A stretch of DNA of 63,308 bases, filler included, from Sphingomonadaceae bacterium (GTDB lineage: Bacteria; Chloroflexota; UBA6077), in assembly GCA_050261575.1 (NCBI GenBank). It is 4 parts of 4 records of this genome, joined end to end, with 100 filler letters (N's around TTAATTAATTAA, not from the genome) between each part and the next. Parts side by side here need not be neighbours in the genome. Positions count along the whole stretch, not along the records: positions 1 to 14,594 come from JBLNDL010000044.1; positions 14,695 to 38,883 come from JBLNDL010000047.1; 2 more parts are not named here. One strand, 5' to 3'. The number at the start of each line of letters is the position of its first letter. Within the stretch, counting starts at the first letter, position 1. The notes beneath the pieces were generated by a model. It made no database searches, was not told the DNA's origin, and saw only the letters and a list, made by a program, of their open reading frames with translations. The translations under genes were made by a program, and so were the position numbers. Shown piece after piece: positions 8,899 to 17,936 of this stretch.

Positions 8899-11019
8899 TT
8901 ATATGGATTTCTCTGACTTCTGGCCAGTTCGCAATCGCTTCGTGTCATAGATCCTGATAGTGGGTCCCGGTCTCTCGCGGTCAGTTAAGTGCCAATAGGG
9001 GGTGTACATATCGTCCTGGGAGTAGTGCAGATCGGCACCGCCCAACCCCGGGCCGAAGACCGCGATCAACTCCGCCTCCGATTCCAGGATACGGTACTCT
9101 GGGGGCAGGAGCGATGGATCAGCCCCCTCTAGGAGCCAAGGACCGTAGCCGAAGCTGCCGATGACGACGTAGTCGAAATCGCCGCTGACGATATGTGGCC
9201 TTGTCGAATCGTTTCCTGGCCAGTACACCCAGGTGTCTCGTGAGGAGTAACTACTCCACCGGAACTTGTTGTCCTCCTGGCTGTAGCCGTCCATGGCGAT
9301 GGAGCTGCCTTCGGGGGTGTTAGCTCCGATCCAAGCCGCCGCGAGGCTTCTGGTGTCCTTCTGACCCAACAGGTAGTTGTGCTGCCAGGAGAGTGTGAGC
9401 TGCTGTGCCACTCCAAGAACCAGTAGCAGCAGCGGGAGTGCCCTTTGCCAGAGTGGAGCATGGCTGCGTTCGGTCAGCCGGTAGAGGCCGTATCCGGCCA
9501 ATAGGGCCAGGTAAGGGAGAAGGGGCATGGCGAATCGGGCAAAGAACAGCCTCTGCGTGGACATGAAGCTGAAATAGGCCAGGGGTGTGGACAGCAGCAA
9601 GGCCAGACGCCAGCGGTCCCTCTGGAGCGCCAAGACGATACCTGTTCCAGCGAAAACCATGGGCAGCAGACCCAGACCGTGAAGAAGGGTCGAAAGGAAC
9701 AGTATTGGGGTCGGCTGGGCCTGTTGGCCGAGCCAGTTCTCGGCTCCCAAACCGTACTGGGATAGGAAGCCGGCAAGGAAGGAGGGGAAATCTAGGACGG
9801 AGTAGGGAGTGCCCAGCACGAAGCCAACTGCTGAGGCTGCTCCCCCAAGAGCCAGTAGGATGTGTGGTCTTTGGAGGTGTTTCGTCTGGCTCGAACTCAG
9901 TGCCCTGGCTAGGTGGGCCACCACGATGGCCACGAAGAAGAAACCCACGTTGTACTTAGCGGAGACGCCCAGCCCCCCGCAGAGACCCGCCAGCAGGTAT
10001 TCGATCGCTGCCCCTCGCGTGTAGATCCTGACGGAAAACAGCAAGCTTGCCGTCAGCAGTAGGACAGCTAGGATGTCGTTCGTTGCATAGTGGGAGTTTC
10101 GAACATGGAGGAGAGAGACTCCCAGCAGACAGGATGCGTAGATGCCGGCCTTGGCGTCGAACAGCTCCTTACCTATCTGGTAGACCAGGGCGACCGTGAG
10201 TGCCCCAGCCAAGGCACTGAAGCTGCGCGCCGCGAGCACCACCAGGTAGTCGCCTCGAGGATCCTGAATGCCCAATCCGAGGAGGTCTCCCAGCAGATGG
10301 AAGGCCTGGGCTTGCTGTGAAAACAACAGGTAGAAGAGATCGGTAACGTAGATCATCAGGCTGGGGTTCTCGAAGTAGCGGGGATTGGCGTCTCCTGTTG
10401 CCATCATAAGGAAGGCTCGCCCGATGTACTGATGTTCGTCAGGGTGAAACAGGGCTGGGAGGCCCCAATTGATGTTCCAGAGGCGAAGTGAAAGGGCGAG
10501 TATGGTGATTAGGGCAATGATCAGGGCAGGGGCCACCCTGCTGCGCCGGCACCTCACGAACAACAATGCTTGGAGCGTTGCAGGGGCCAGGAGTATGTAA
10601 CCCTTTGCCAGGGGCTGAAAGATGAGCTCGCCGTATGGGCTGGTGGTATAGATGTGGTTGGAGAGGTCGCTTCCGTAGACAGCCCCGACCAAAGCGATAC
10701 ACAGCAGGAGCGGTAGGTGTCCGAGCGCCGCGCAGTAGAAGGATCGTCTCCAACGGACTGCTGAGAGCTTGTGGAGCAGCAGGGCATAGAGCATGGCCCA
10801 ACCGGTGAGCGCGAACCAGGCTTCGAGCAACTGGAGAAGCCACTGTCTGCTGACTGACCACGGAGCCGCTCTGCCGAGGTCAGACAGGGGAAAGATGAGT
10901 GCACCAGACAGGGAAGAGGCAGCCACAACGACAAATGGCATTGCCAACTCCATCTTGGTGGACCGCGTCGGCCGGCTCTGCTGTTGAACGTTTCCTGTCG
11001 GAAGCAGAGTGTTCACCAT
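8899..11019 (-). CDS. ArnT/PMT-like (GT-C fold) glycosyltransferase, paralogue of 691-2784
   Basis: 706 aa; WGLPALFHPDE, NPRYFENPSL, HVRNSHYATNDI, SAKYN, GTPYSVLDF, ERPGPTIRIY. Confidence 0.82.
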   Translation of the reverse strand: MVNTLLPTGNVQQQSRPTRSTKMELAMPFVVVAASSLSGALIFPLSDLGRAAPWSVSRQWLLQLLEAWFALTGWAMLYALLLHKLSAVRWRRSFYCAALGHLPLLLCIALVGAVYGSDLSNHIYTTSPYGELIFQPLAKGYILLAPATLQALLFVRCRRSRVAPALIIALITILALSLRLWNINWGLPALFHPDEHQYIGRAFLMMATGDANPRYFENPSLMIYVTDLFYLLFSQQAQAFHLLGDLLGLGIQDPRGDYLVVLAARSFSALAGALTVALVYQIGKELFDAKAGIYASCLLGVSLLHVRNSHYATNDILAVLLLTASLLFSVRIYTRGAAIEYLLAGLCGGLGVSAKYNVGFFFVAIVVAHLARALSSSQTKHLQRPHILLALGGAASAVGFVLGTPYSVLDFPSFLAGFLSQYGLGAENWLGQQAQPTPILFLSTLLHGLGLLPMVFAGTGIVLALQRDRWRLALLLSTPLAYFSFMSTQRLFFARFAMPLLPYLALLAGYGLYRLTERSHAPLWQRALPLLLLVLGVAQQLTLSWQHNYLLGQKDTRSLAAAWIGANTPEGSSIAMDGYSQEDNKFRWSSYSSRDTWVYWPGNDSTRPHIVSGDFDYVVIGSFGYGPWLLEGADPSLLPPEYRILESEAELIAVFGPGLGGADLHYSQDDMYTPYWHLTDRERPGPTIRIYDTKRLRTGQKSEKSI

Positions 11020-11167
11020 CTGTGAGTCTGTCTGCCTTGCCGTCTACCGAGCCTCAGTCGAGGGTATGCAGGTGCACGGAGAGTTCGGATCTCTCGGCAG
11101 CTTCAGTAGGTCGCTTTTGTCGAGTGTGAATGCTGTTGTGGAGATCATGAAGGCGGCAGGGTAAGTT

Positions 11168-11176
11168 ATTGTAGCA
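11168..11176 (-). promoter_or_regulatory. Putative extended -10 promoter (TGCTACAAT) for the leftward glycosyltransferase genes
   Basis: Minus strand reads TGcTACAAT about 150 nt upstream of 11019; no good -35 element. Confidence 0.45.
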
Positions 11177-11235
11177 TGGCTGGACTGCGGCATGACAGCT
11201 GACGCGCGGCATTCTTCTCATCCCGCCTGCCGCGG

Positions 11236-11264
11236 TTGACCCTGTGCCGCTTGGCTGCTACCAT
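11236..11264 (+). promoter_or_regulatory. Putative sigma70-type promoter TTGACC-N17-TACCAT with TG extension
   Basis: Near-consensus boxes with 17-bp spacing, just upstream of the 1072-aa ORF. Confidence 0.6.
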
Positions 11265-11278
11265 CGCAGCGCGCTCTG

Positions 11279-14200
11279 GTGGAGCGTCCGTCCCATCCAT
11301 CAACTCGTTCCACTCCTTCCCAGAGGTCAGCTGTGCCTCCACTACCTTGGCTGCGTCCGGCTGTATCGTTTGCGGTATCCTCTCTCTTGCTTCTTGCCTT
11401 GAGGCTGTTGCCCACCTCAAGCCTGAATGACGGCGGACAGGTGGCAGTCGAAGCTGTGCGGGTGGTGCTGGCGTTGCTGCTGCTCCTAAGCCTGTTAGGC
11501 TGGTCGTTCAGTCCGATCCTCCTGCCCGATCGTTGGAAGACCTACGAATCAATCCTGATGCCGCTTCTCGGGGTAGCAGTCTTCGTCCCCCTCGCCTACC
11601 TCCTGAATTTCTCCCTCGATATGAGGAGCGCCACGGTCGTGCTGATCGTCGTTGCGCTTCCCCTGGCTACCTTGCGGCTGGTGCGGGGGCCCTTGCCGGC
11701 CTTCGATCGGAAGGATACACCTGTCGTCTTGGCTGCCCTGGGCCTGTTGGTGGTTGCCCTCTTGCCCCACCTGGTGCAAAGCTCGCTGGGCTTGCTCTCC
11801 CAGAGCGTAGACGAGGAGACCTACTTCTACCTGGCCAATTACCTGCTCGCTTACCCCGCTGGAGCCGGCATGCCCGGCCCACCCTCTCCTGTGTTTGGGC
11901 AGGGCACCGACTTCTATCGCGCCGAGGGGTGGGGTTACATGTACCTCCTGGCCGCGGCGAGCGGCCTCAGCGGAGTTCCCACCTTCGATGCGTATCTCCC
12001 CACCAGCTACGTTCTGTTGGCTCTCAGCGTGCCGTCGTGGTTTCTGTTCTTCAGGGCAGTCCTGCGGCTGGAGCCATCCTCGGCGAGGCTGGCCGCGCTT
12101 CTGTACGCTGCGCACGGCTTGCCCCTCTGGTTTGCATCCTATGGATATGCTCGCCAAGCCGCCTGGATCGCGCTCGCCCCGCTGGCCTTGAGTGCCCTGG
12201 CGCTCGGGTTGAATCGAGGAGGCGCGAGGGGCGTGGCTTTCGCAGGCCTCGCCTTGGGGGCGCTCTTCGCCACCGAGTCGCGGGTGGGCGCAACCCACAT
12301 TGCGGTCACCGTGGCCGGACTGGGCGTGTTCTGGCTCGTCTTCGATCGTCGTCTTGCCTTCATGAAACGGATATCAGGCATGGGCATCGTGGCAGCGCTG
12401 GCCGCGGCGCCAGCGCTCTGGTTCTTCGTGCGGAGCTACCTGGTCGGTGGAGAGGGGGTGGCCATACTCAACGCCCGTGACTCCCGCCTGCTGGACTGGG
12501 GGCCGAATCTCGGGGGCTTCCCCGGACCAGAGGTGCTTCTGGGGCTGGAACCTTTCGATCTCGTCAAGCTGCCGGAGGGATCCACACAACTCCAGTGGTT
12601 GGACCCCATAGGCGGATGGATGAGCAACGCGGCCCCTTGCCTCGCGTGGGTTCTCCTGGTGGTGGCCGCCTTCGGGGCAGTGGTGGCGAGCCGCCGGAAC
12701 CCCCTGTTGCTGCCCCTGGTGGCCGGCTTCTTCATCTGGATGGCTGTCACCAGAACGGTGCTGCCCTTCCCATACGGCTACTTCAAGCTGTTCGGCGTGG
12801 CGGCTCCCATTGTGCTCGGCTTCATCGTGGCTGGAACTTCTGCACGACCGAGACTCCCCAAGCTTGGCCGACTCTCCATCGCCAGTTTGGTCCTTCGGCA
12901 GGGTGAACGTGGCACGCCCCGTCATGCTGAGCGCAGCGAAGCAACTCCACGTTGCGAGAGTAGGCCCCTCGCTGACGCTCAGGATGGCAGCCATCAGAAC
13001 CACTCTGACGGACTACGATGGGCGCGACGCAACCTGTTGACGTTGGGTTGTGCCGTCCTGCTTCTATTCCTGGCTCGCAACACCCTCAGCACGGTCGTGT
13101 TCGGTGCTGGGGGATGGGGGCTGTCGATCCCTCCGTCGCTGGTGTCGGCCGTCTCGGCCTTCTCGGATGCTACCGAGCCCGGAGCCCACGTGTACGTGAC
13201 TGGCGCCACACGCTATCCCGTTGACCGCGATGCGGTACTGCTCCGCAAGGGACATCGATTGGCCATGCAGAGTCGAGAGGAGCTGGAGATGGTCTGGGCC
13301 GACCGCATGCATGCCCTGGTCTCTACCAGCCTAGTGGGGCGGCAGATCCACGGCGTTTTCAAGACGGAGCAGTGGCGTTGGTCCAGCGTCCTCCCTGACG
13401 ACGACTACGACTACTACGTCCTCAACAGTGACGAGGACCCGCGCCTCAGGGGACTGGATCGGAGCGACGTGGTGGTGAATGGTGGGAGTGTCGCTCTCTA
13501 TCGTGTGCCGGGGGAGGCAAGGGCGAGCAGCGAGCAGATCCTTTCAGCGAGGGGTAGCCTCAGAGTTGATGCATCGAGTCCACTGGAGTTCCGCGCCGAG
13601 CGGGGGCGGCTGGTGCTGAGCCCGGACGGGACCGAACGAGATGGCGTTGCGCAGGGGCGGATTCGGCTTGGTTTCCTGGCCCTTAGAGAGACTATTCTCG
13701 ATCTGTCTATCGACGGTTTTCACAGACTGATCGCGTTGGATCCTGGCGTGTCTTGGTATACGAGTCCGACCCTCGACCTGCCGTGTGACGTCACCGTTCG
13801 ACCAATTGCGGACGATGCAGTGCGAGTCGTGGCGCTGCGGGTTCTGCCACCCGGCGAGGAGGATCTTGACAGGTCTGACGACTCCTATCTCTCGAGTGAG
13901 GTGGCGATTCGGGACGGAAACGTGTGCGTCGACATATGGCTCGGCAACCCCATGAGGGACGCGAAGGGTGCGCATGCGGAAGTGGTCGTCGACGGAAATG
14001 AGTCGACGGGCCGGCGATTGGGGCTAGAGGTCGACAAACCGGGCCAGAGGTGGTCGCTGCGATTCCCGTTGCAGGGAGGAGCTTCCCAGCAATTGCGGGA
14101 TGGTGTGGTGGCCGTTCCGATGGAGCCCTCCCCCTGGCTGGAAGGCGGAGGAGGGCTGCTGTCTCTTCGGTTCCGCCTGGGCCACGAGCGCCCCAAGGAG

Positions 14201-14497
14201 GCGCTGATCGCCACCATAAGCGTGAACATGGGGACGGTTACGCGCTTGGACAGATACGTCGATCCCGTTCAGTTGAGGCTATGGGGCCACGACGACCGGC
14301 CGAAGGAGAAGACACCACCACCTTTAGAGTTATTGGAGGGAGCTCTGGTGCGGGCTCCTGGCGGGGTTACCTACCTGGTGCAGGACGGGCGTCGGCGCTG
14401 GGTTCCGAATCCCGGTTCGTATGACGGGAGTCGTGATCCCATCGAGCTTTCATCCGAGCAACTCTGGCTCATCCCCCCCGGTCTTCCATTGGAGTAG
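11279..14497 (+). CDS. Large polytopic GT-C-like membrane protein with extracytoplasmic beta domains; contains an in-frame palindromic insertion
   Basis: 1072 aa; first-loop acidic motif SQSVDEETY; paralogous to 4085-6865; C-terminal GALVRAPGGVTYLVQDGRRRWVP...IPPGLPL module. Confidence 0.7.
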   Translation: MERPSHPSTRSTPSQRSAVPPLPWLRPAVSFAVSSLLLLALRLLPTSSLNDGGQVAVEAVRVVLALLLLLSLLGWSFSPILLPDRWKTYESILMPLLGVAVFVPLAYLLNFSLDMRSATVVLIVVALPLATLRLVRGPLPAFDRKDTPVVLAALGLLVVALLPHLVQSSLGLLSQSVDEETYFYLANYLLAYPAGAGMPGPPSPVFGQGTDFYRAEGWGYMYLLAAASGLSGVPTFDAYLPTSYVLLALSVPSWFLFFRAVLRLEPSSARLAALLYAAHGLPLWFASYGYARQAAWIALAPLALSALALGLNRGGARGVAFAGLALGALFATESRVGATHIAVTVAGLGVFWLVFDRRLAFMKRISGMGIVAALAAAPALWFFVRSYLVGGEGVAILNARDSRLLDWGPNLGGFPGPEVLLGLEPFDLVKLPEGSTQLQWLDPIGGWMSNAAPCLAWVLLVVAAFGAVVASRRNPLLLPLVAGFFIWMAVTRTVLPFPYGYFKLFGVAAPIVLGFIVAGTSARPRLPKLGRLSIASLVLRQGERGTPRHAERSEATPRCESRPLADAQDGSHQNHSDGLRWARRNLLTLGCAVLLLFLARNTLSTVVFGAGGWGLSIPPSLVSAVSAFSDATEPGAHVYVTGATRYPVDRDAVLLRKGHRLAMQSREELEMVWADRMHALVSTSLVGRQIHGVFKTEQWRWSSVLPDDDYDYYVLNSDEDPRLRGLDRSDVVVNGGSVALYRVPGEARASSEQILSARGSLRVDASSPLEFRAERGRLVLSPDGTERDGVAQGRIRLGFLALRETILDLSIDGFHRLIALDPGVSWYTSPTLDLPCDVTVRPIADDAVRVVALRVLPPGEEDLDRSDDSYLSSEVAIRDGNVCVDIWLGNPMRDAKGAHAEVVVDGNESTGRRLGLEVDKPGQRWSLRFPLQGGASQQLRDGVVAVPMEPSPWLEGGGGLLSLRFRLGHERPKEALIATISVNMGTVTRLDRYVDPVQLRLWGHDDRPKEKTPPPLELLEGALVRAPGGVTYLVQDGRRRWVPNPGSYDGSRDPIELSSEQLWLIPPGLPLE
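12921..12988. repeat. REP-like palindromic element inside a CDS
   Basis: GTCATGCTGAGCG-CAGCGA (12921-12939) pairs with TCGCTG-a-CGCTCAGGATGGC (12969-12988), with two mismatches and one bulge. Confidence 0.75.
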
Positions 14498-14594
14498 ACA
14501 GCAGACGGCAGGGGCGGCCGCTCCGCCCCCCTGTGTTGCTCGTGAGGAGCCTATCCACTATCCAACGTTGGAGGGCTTGTCGTGATCAAGCAAG

Positions 14595-14694
14595 NNNNNN
14601 NNNNNNNNNNNNNNNNNNNNNNNNNNNNNNNNNNNNNNTTAATTAATTAANNNNNNNNNNNNNNNNNNNNNNNNNNNNNNNNNNNNNNNNNNNN
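14595..14694. other. Artificial contig-joining spacer
   Basis: 100 bp of N with a central TTAATTAATTAA (stops in all six frames); the same spacer occurs three times. Confidence 0.98.
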
Positions 14695-14737
14695 TCTCCA
14701 CCTCCCGAGGCCCACAGTCTACCCGGAAGATGGCCAC
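14695..14737 (-). CDS. N-terminus of a gene running into the spacer (MAIFRVDCGPREVE...)
   Basis: GAGAGGA ribosome-binding-like site followed by GTG and an open frame to the contig end; too short to assign a function. Confidence 0.35.
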
Positions 14738-14999
14738 TTGTCCTCTCCCGCCACCCAGGCCCATCCCTTCCCATTCACCCATCAGGTGATGCCCCGAGCG
14801 TCAATCCACGGATTGGGGCCCCCCAACTCATCACGGGGAAGTGTGAAATGGCCCTAGCGTCTCGGTGCGGGGGCGGGCCTGAGCCCCACCCCTACGACGT
14901 CACTGACACCTTCGATCACGCTCGTTCGCGAAGAGCACTCCCACCCCTTCCCCCTCGTTGTGGTAGACTGTGCGCCGAATCCTCACGCGGAGGCTTCCC

Positions 15000-16142
15000 T
15001 TGCGCGCCGGCATCAACGCCCAGTTGCTCTACCTCTCCAACTCTTATCGCGCGGCGGGCATCAGCAGGTACGTCCATCAGCTCCTGGCACACCTGCGGCC
15101 CATGGCCTCGGCTTCGGACCGATTGGTGGCCTTCACCGGACGCTGGCCGCTGCCCCCCGAGCTGGAGCCAACCGCGTACTTCAGGGTGAGTCAGACCACC
15201 CTGCCCACGTGGAAGCCCCCGGTCCGCATCGCGTGGGAGCAGTCCCTCCAGCCCCTGGCCGTCGCGCGGGAGCGGCTGGACATCCTCCACTCCACAAGCT
15301 ACGTCCAGCCCCTCCTCTGCCCGGCGAAGTCGGTGGTGACCATGCTGGATCTCTCCTTCCTGCGCTTGCCACACAGCTTCAATCGTGGTAACCGGATCTA
15401 TCTCTCCACCATGGCGAGGCTCTCCGCCCATCGCTGCGACCGGATCCTCACCATCTCCGAGAGCACCCGCCAGGACGTGATCCACTTCTTCGGGGTACCG
15501 GGCGACAAGGTCGAGGTCACCTACCTCGGGGTGGACCCCGTCTTCAAGCCCGCCGAGCCAGGGTTGCTCGCCCGTTTCCGTAGCGAGCGCCGGCTGCCGG
15601 AGAGATTCCTCCTGTACGTGGGAACCCTAGAGCCTCGCAAGAACGTCGAGCGGCTGGTGGAGGCGTACGCCCGCACGCGAGCAGATTACCAGATTCCCCA
15701 CAAGCTGGTGCTGGGCGGCGCCAAGGGCTGGCTGTACGACCGGATCTTCGCCAGGGTCCGGGAGCTGGGCCTCGAAACCGAGGTCCTCTTCACCAGCTAC
15801 ATCCCGTACGACGAGCTTCCACTATGGTACAATTGCGCCGATATCTTCATCTACCCTTCTCTGTACGAGGGGTTCGGGCTGCCACCGCTCGAGGCGATGG
15901 CCTGTGGGACGGCAGTGATCACATCCTCGGTGTCGTCGTTGCCCGAGGTGGTGGGCGATGCCGCCATCACGGTCAACCCCTTCGACGTGGACGCCCTGGC
16001 TCGTGCAATCGCCTCGGTCCTCGAGGACGCCACGCTTAGGCAACGATTGAGAACCGAGGGGCCGAAACGGGCCGGTCGCTTCTCGTGGAACGAGATGGCC
16101 GCGGCCACCATGAAAGCGTACCGCGGTCTCCTGGATGGATAG
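15000..16142 (+). CDS. Glycosyltransferase family 4 (GT-B)
   Basis: LYVGTLEPRKNV and YPSLYEGFGLPPLEAMACG (EX7E). Start placed at TTG 15000 after GGAGG, giving 380 aa. Confidence 0.92.
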   Translation: MRAGINAQLLYLSNSYRAAGISRYVHQLLAHLRPMASASDRLVAFTGRWPLPPELEPTAYFRVSQTTLPTWKPPVRIAWEQSLQPLAVARERLDILHSTSYVQPLLCPAKSVVTMLDLSFLRLPHSFNRGNRIYLSTMARLSAHRCDRILTISESTRQDVIHFFGVPGDKVEVTYLGVDPVFKPAEPGLLARFRSERRLPERFLLYVGTLEPRKNVERLVEAYARTRADYQIPHKLVLGGAKGWLYDRIFARVRELGLETEVLFTSYIPYDELPLWYNCADIFIYPSLYEGFGLPPLEAMACGTAVITSSVSSLPEVVGDAAITVNPFDVDALARAIASVLEDATLRQRLRTEGPKRAGRFSWNEMAAATMKAYRGLLDG

Positions 16143-16158
16143 TAACCGACGGCAGGTT

Positions 16159-16225
16159 GTCCCGAGTGCTGAGTCCTGAGTGCAACTCGCTCGGGACCCG
16201 GGACACAGGACTCGGGACTCAGGAC
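16159..16225. repeat. Inverted tandem heptamer repeats
   Basis: GTCCCGA GTGCTGA GTCCTGA ... CTCGGGA CCCGGGA CACAGGA CTCGGGA CTCAGGA. Confidence 0.7.
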
Positions 16226-16233
16226 TGATAGAA

Positions 16234-17724
16234 GTGAAGGTCGCAGAGAAGAGCAGCCTCCAGCCCCTGGCAACCGCGCCCGGGCCCCAGCGCCGGGGTC
16301 GAGCAGAGGGCGTTCTCCTGGCGTTCCTGGACGCTGCCCTGGGAGTGGGCGATCTCATCGCCCTCAACCTATCTTTCCTAGCAGCATACTTCCTCCGCTA
16401 CGACCTGCAACTGGGTGGCGAGATCCCCGGGGAGTTCGACGTCGCCTACCCCGACTACATCCCGGTGCAGGCCGCGATGACGGGCATCCTACTGATAACC
16501 TACGTGTTGAAGGGCCTGTACCGGCTGCCCCGCGGCGTCTCCTGGCTCGGGGAGACCTCCTCCGTGCTGAGCGCCACCAGCGTCGGCGTGATGCTCCTCT
16601 TCGCCGCCGTCTCGATGGCCCGCTATCCAGCCTCCTCCCGCGCCCTGTTCATCTACTTCTGGTTGCTGGCCATCCTGGCGGTGGGCGCGAGCCGTCTCCT
16701 CCACCGCCTGCTGGCGCTTACCCTTCGGAAACGGGGCTTCGGCGTGAAGCGAGTGCTGGTAGTCGGAGGAAACAACGCCCTCGGCCGCCGAATCATGCAC
16801 AGCATCGCCACCGAGCGGAGCGCCGCATCCCAGGTCATCGGCTTCGCGGATCTGGAACCCGGCGACGATTTCGGCCGATTCCGCTTCCTCGGCACTGTCG
16901 CGGAGATCCCCAGGATCGTGAACGACCAGCAGGTGGACGAGATCGTCATCGCCCTGCCGGCCGCGTCCCACGACCAGATGCTGCGCATCATGGACCACTG
17001 CCAGCGCAAAGGCGTGAGCTTCCGGGTGGTGCCCGACCTCTACCAGATGCGGCTCAACCGCGTGGACGTGGACAGCGTGAACGGCATCCCCCTCATCGCC
17101 GTCAGCGAGTCGCGGATCCAAGGCAGCAACCTCGTGGTCAAGCGGGTGCTGGATGTGGTGGTCGCCGTCGTGGCGCTGACCCTCCTGTCGCCCCTCCTGC
17201 TGCTGGTCGCGCTGGCCATCAAGCTGGACTCGCCGGGCCCCGTGCTGTTCCGCCAGGTCCGGGTCGGCAGGGATGGCCTGCCCTTCACCCTCTACAAGTT
17301 CCGCTCCATGCGCCGCGACGCAGAGCAGCAGTTGGAGCAGTTGCAGGCCCTCAACGAGGCCACGGGACCCCTCTTCAAGATCCGCGACGACCCCAGGATG
17401 ACCAGGGTGGGAAGGCTGCTCCGGCGAAGCAGCATCGACGAGTTGCCACAGTTGATCAACGTGCTGAAGGGTGAGATGAGCCTCGTGGGCCCTCGCCCCC
17501 CGCTGCCTCACGAGGTCGAGAAGTACGAGGATTGGCACCTGAGGCGGCTGGAGGCATCCCCTGGACTCACCGGCCTCTGGCAGGTGAGCGGCCGCAGCGA
17601 GATACCCTTCGACGAGATGGTCATGCTGGACATATACTACATCGAGAACTGGTCTCTGGGACTGGACCTCAGTATCCTGCTGCGCACCATCCCGGCCGTC
17701 CTTTCTGGCGGCGGGGCATTCTAA
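16234..17724 (+). CDS. WcaJ/CpsE-type polyprenyl-phosphate phosphoglycosyl transferase (initiating sugar transferase)
   Basis: N-terminal TM helices, a CoA-binding-like region, then KRVLD, FRQVRVG, YKFRSM, DDPRMTRVG, SIDELPQLINVLKGEMSLVGPRP, PGLTGLWQVSGR. Start set at GTG 16234 to exclude the repeats. Confidence 0.93.
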   Translation: MKVAEKSSLQPLATAPGPQRRGRAEGVLLAFLDAALGVGDLIALNLSFLAAYFLRYDLQLGGEIPGEFDVAYPDYIPVQAAMTGILLITYVLKGLYRLPRGVSWLGETSSVLSATSVGVMLLFAAVSMARYPASSRALFIYFWLLAILAVGASRLLHRLLALTLRKRGFGVKRVLVVGGNNALGRRIMHSIATERSAASQVIGFADLEPGDDFGRFRFLGTVAEIPRIVNDQQVDEIVIALPAASHDQMLRIMDHCQRKGVSFRVVPDLYQMRLNRVDVDSVNGIPLIAVSESRIQGSNLVVKRVLDVVVAVVALTLLSPLLLLVALAIKLDSPGPVLFRQVRVGRDGLPFTLYKFRSMRRDAEQQLEQLQALNEATGPLFKIRDDPRMTRVGRLLRRSSIDELPQLINVLKGEMSLVGPRPPLPHEVEKYEDWHLRRLEASPGLTGLWQVSGRSEIPFDEMVMLDIYYIENWSLGLDLSILLRTIPAVLSGGGAF

Positions 17725-17802
17725 GCAGGTATCTCTAGGTCATCTCAGCTTCTCTAGCGGGAAACGTGCACTCTATCTGGAGATAGCTGCTTAGCTAACA
17801 AG

Positions 17803-17909
17803 TGTAGGGCGGGGGCTCGGAACGCGAGCAAGCACGCGAGGCTGCGCTAGCCTCGCGGTTACGCTCTGCTGGCCCACCAGGCGGCAGGGGACGAACCCCT
17901 ACCCCTACA
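17803..17909. repeat. GTAG-type REP-like element
   Basis: TGTAGGGCGGGGGCTCG ... GGGGACGAACCCCTACCCCTACA with an internal hairpin CGCGAGGCT-gcgct-AGCCTCGCG. Confidence 0.6.
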
Positions 17910-17936
17910 GACTGAGCCACTCACCAAGGATTTCCC

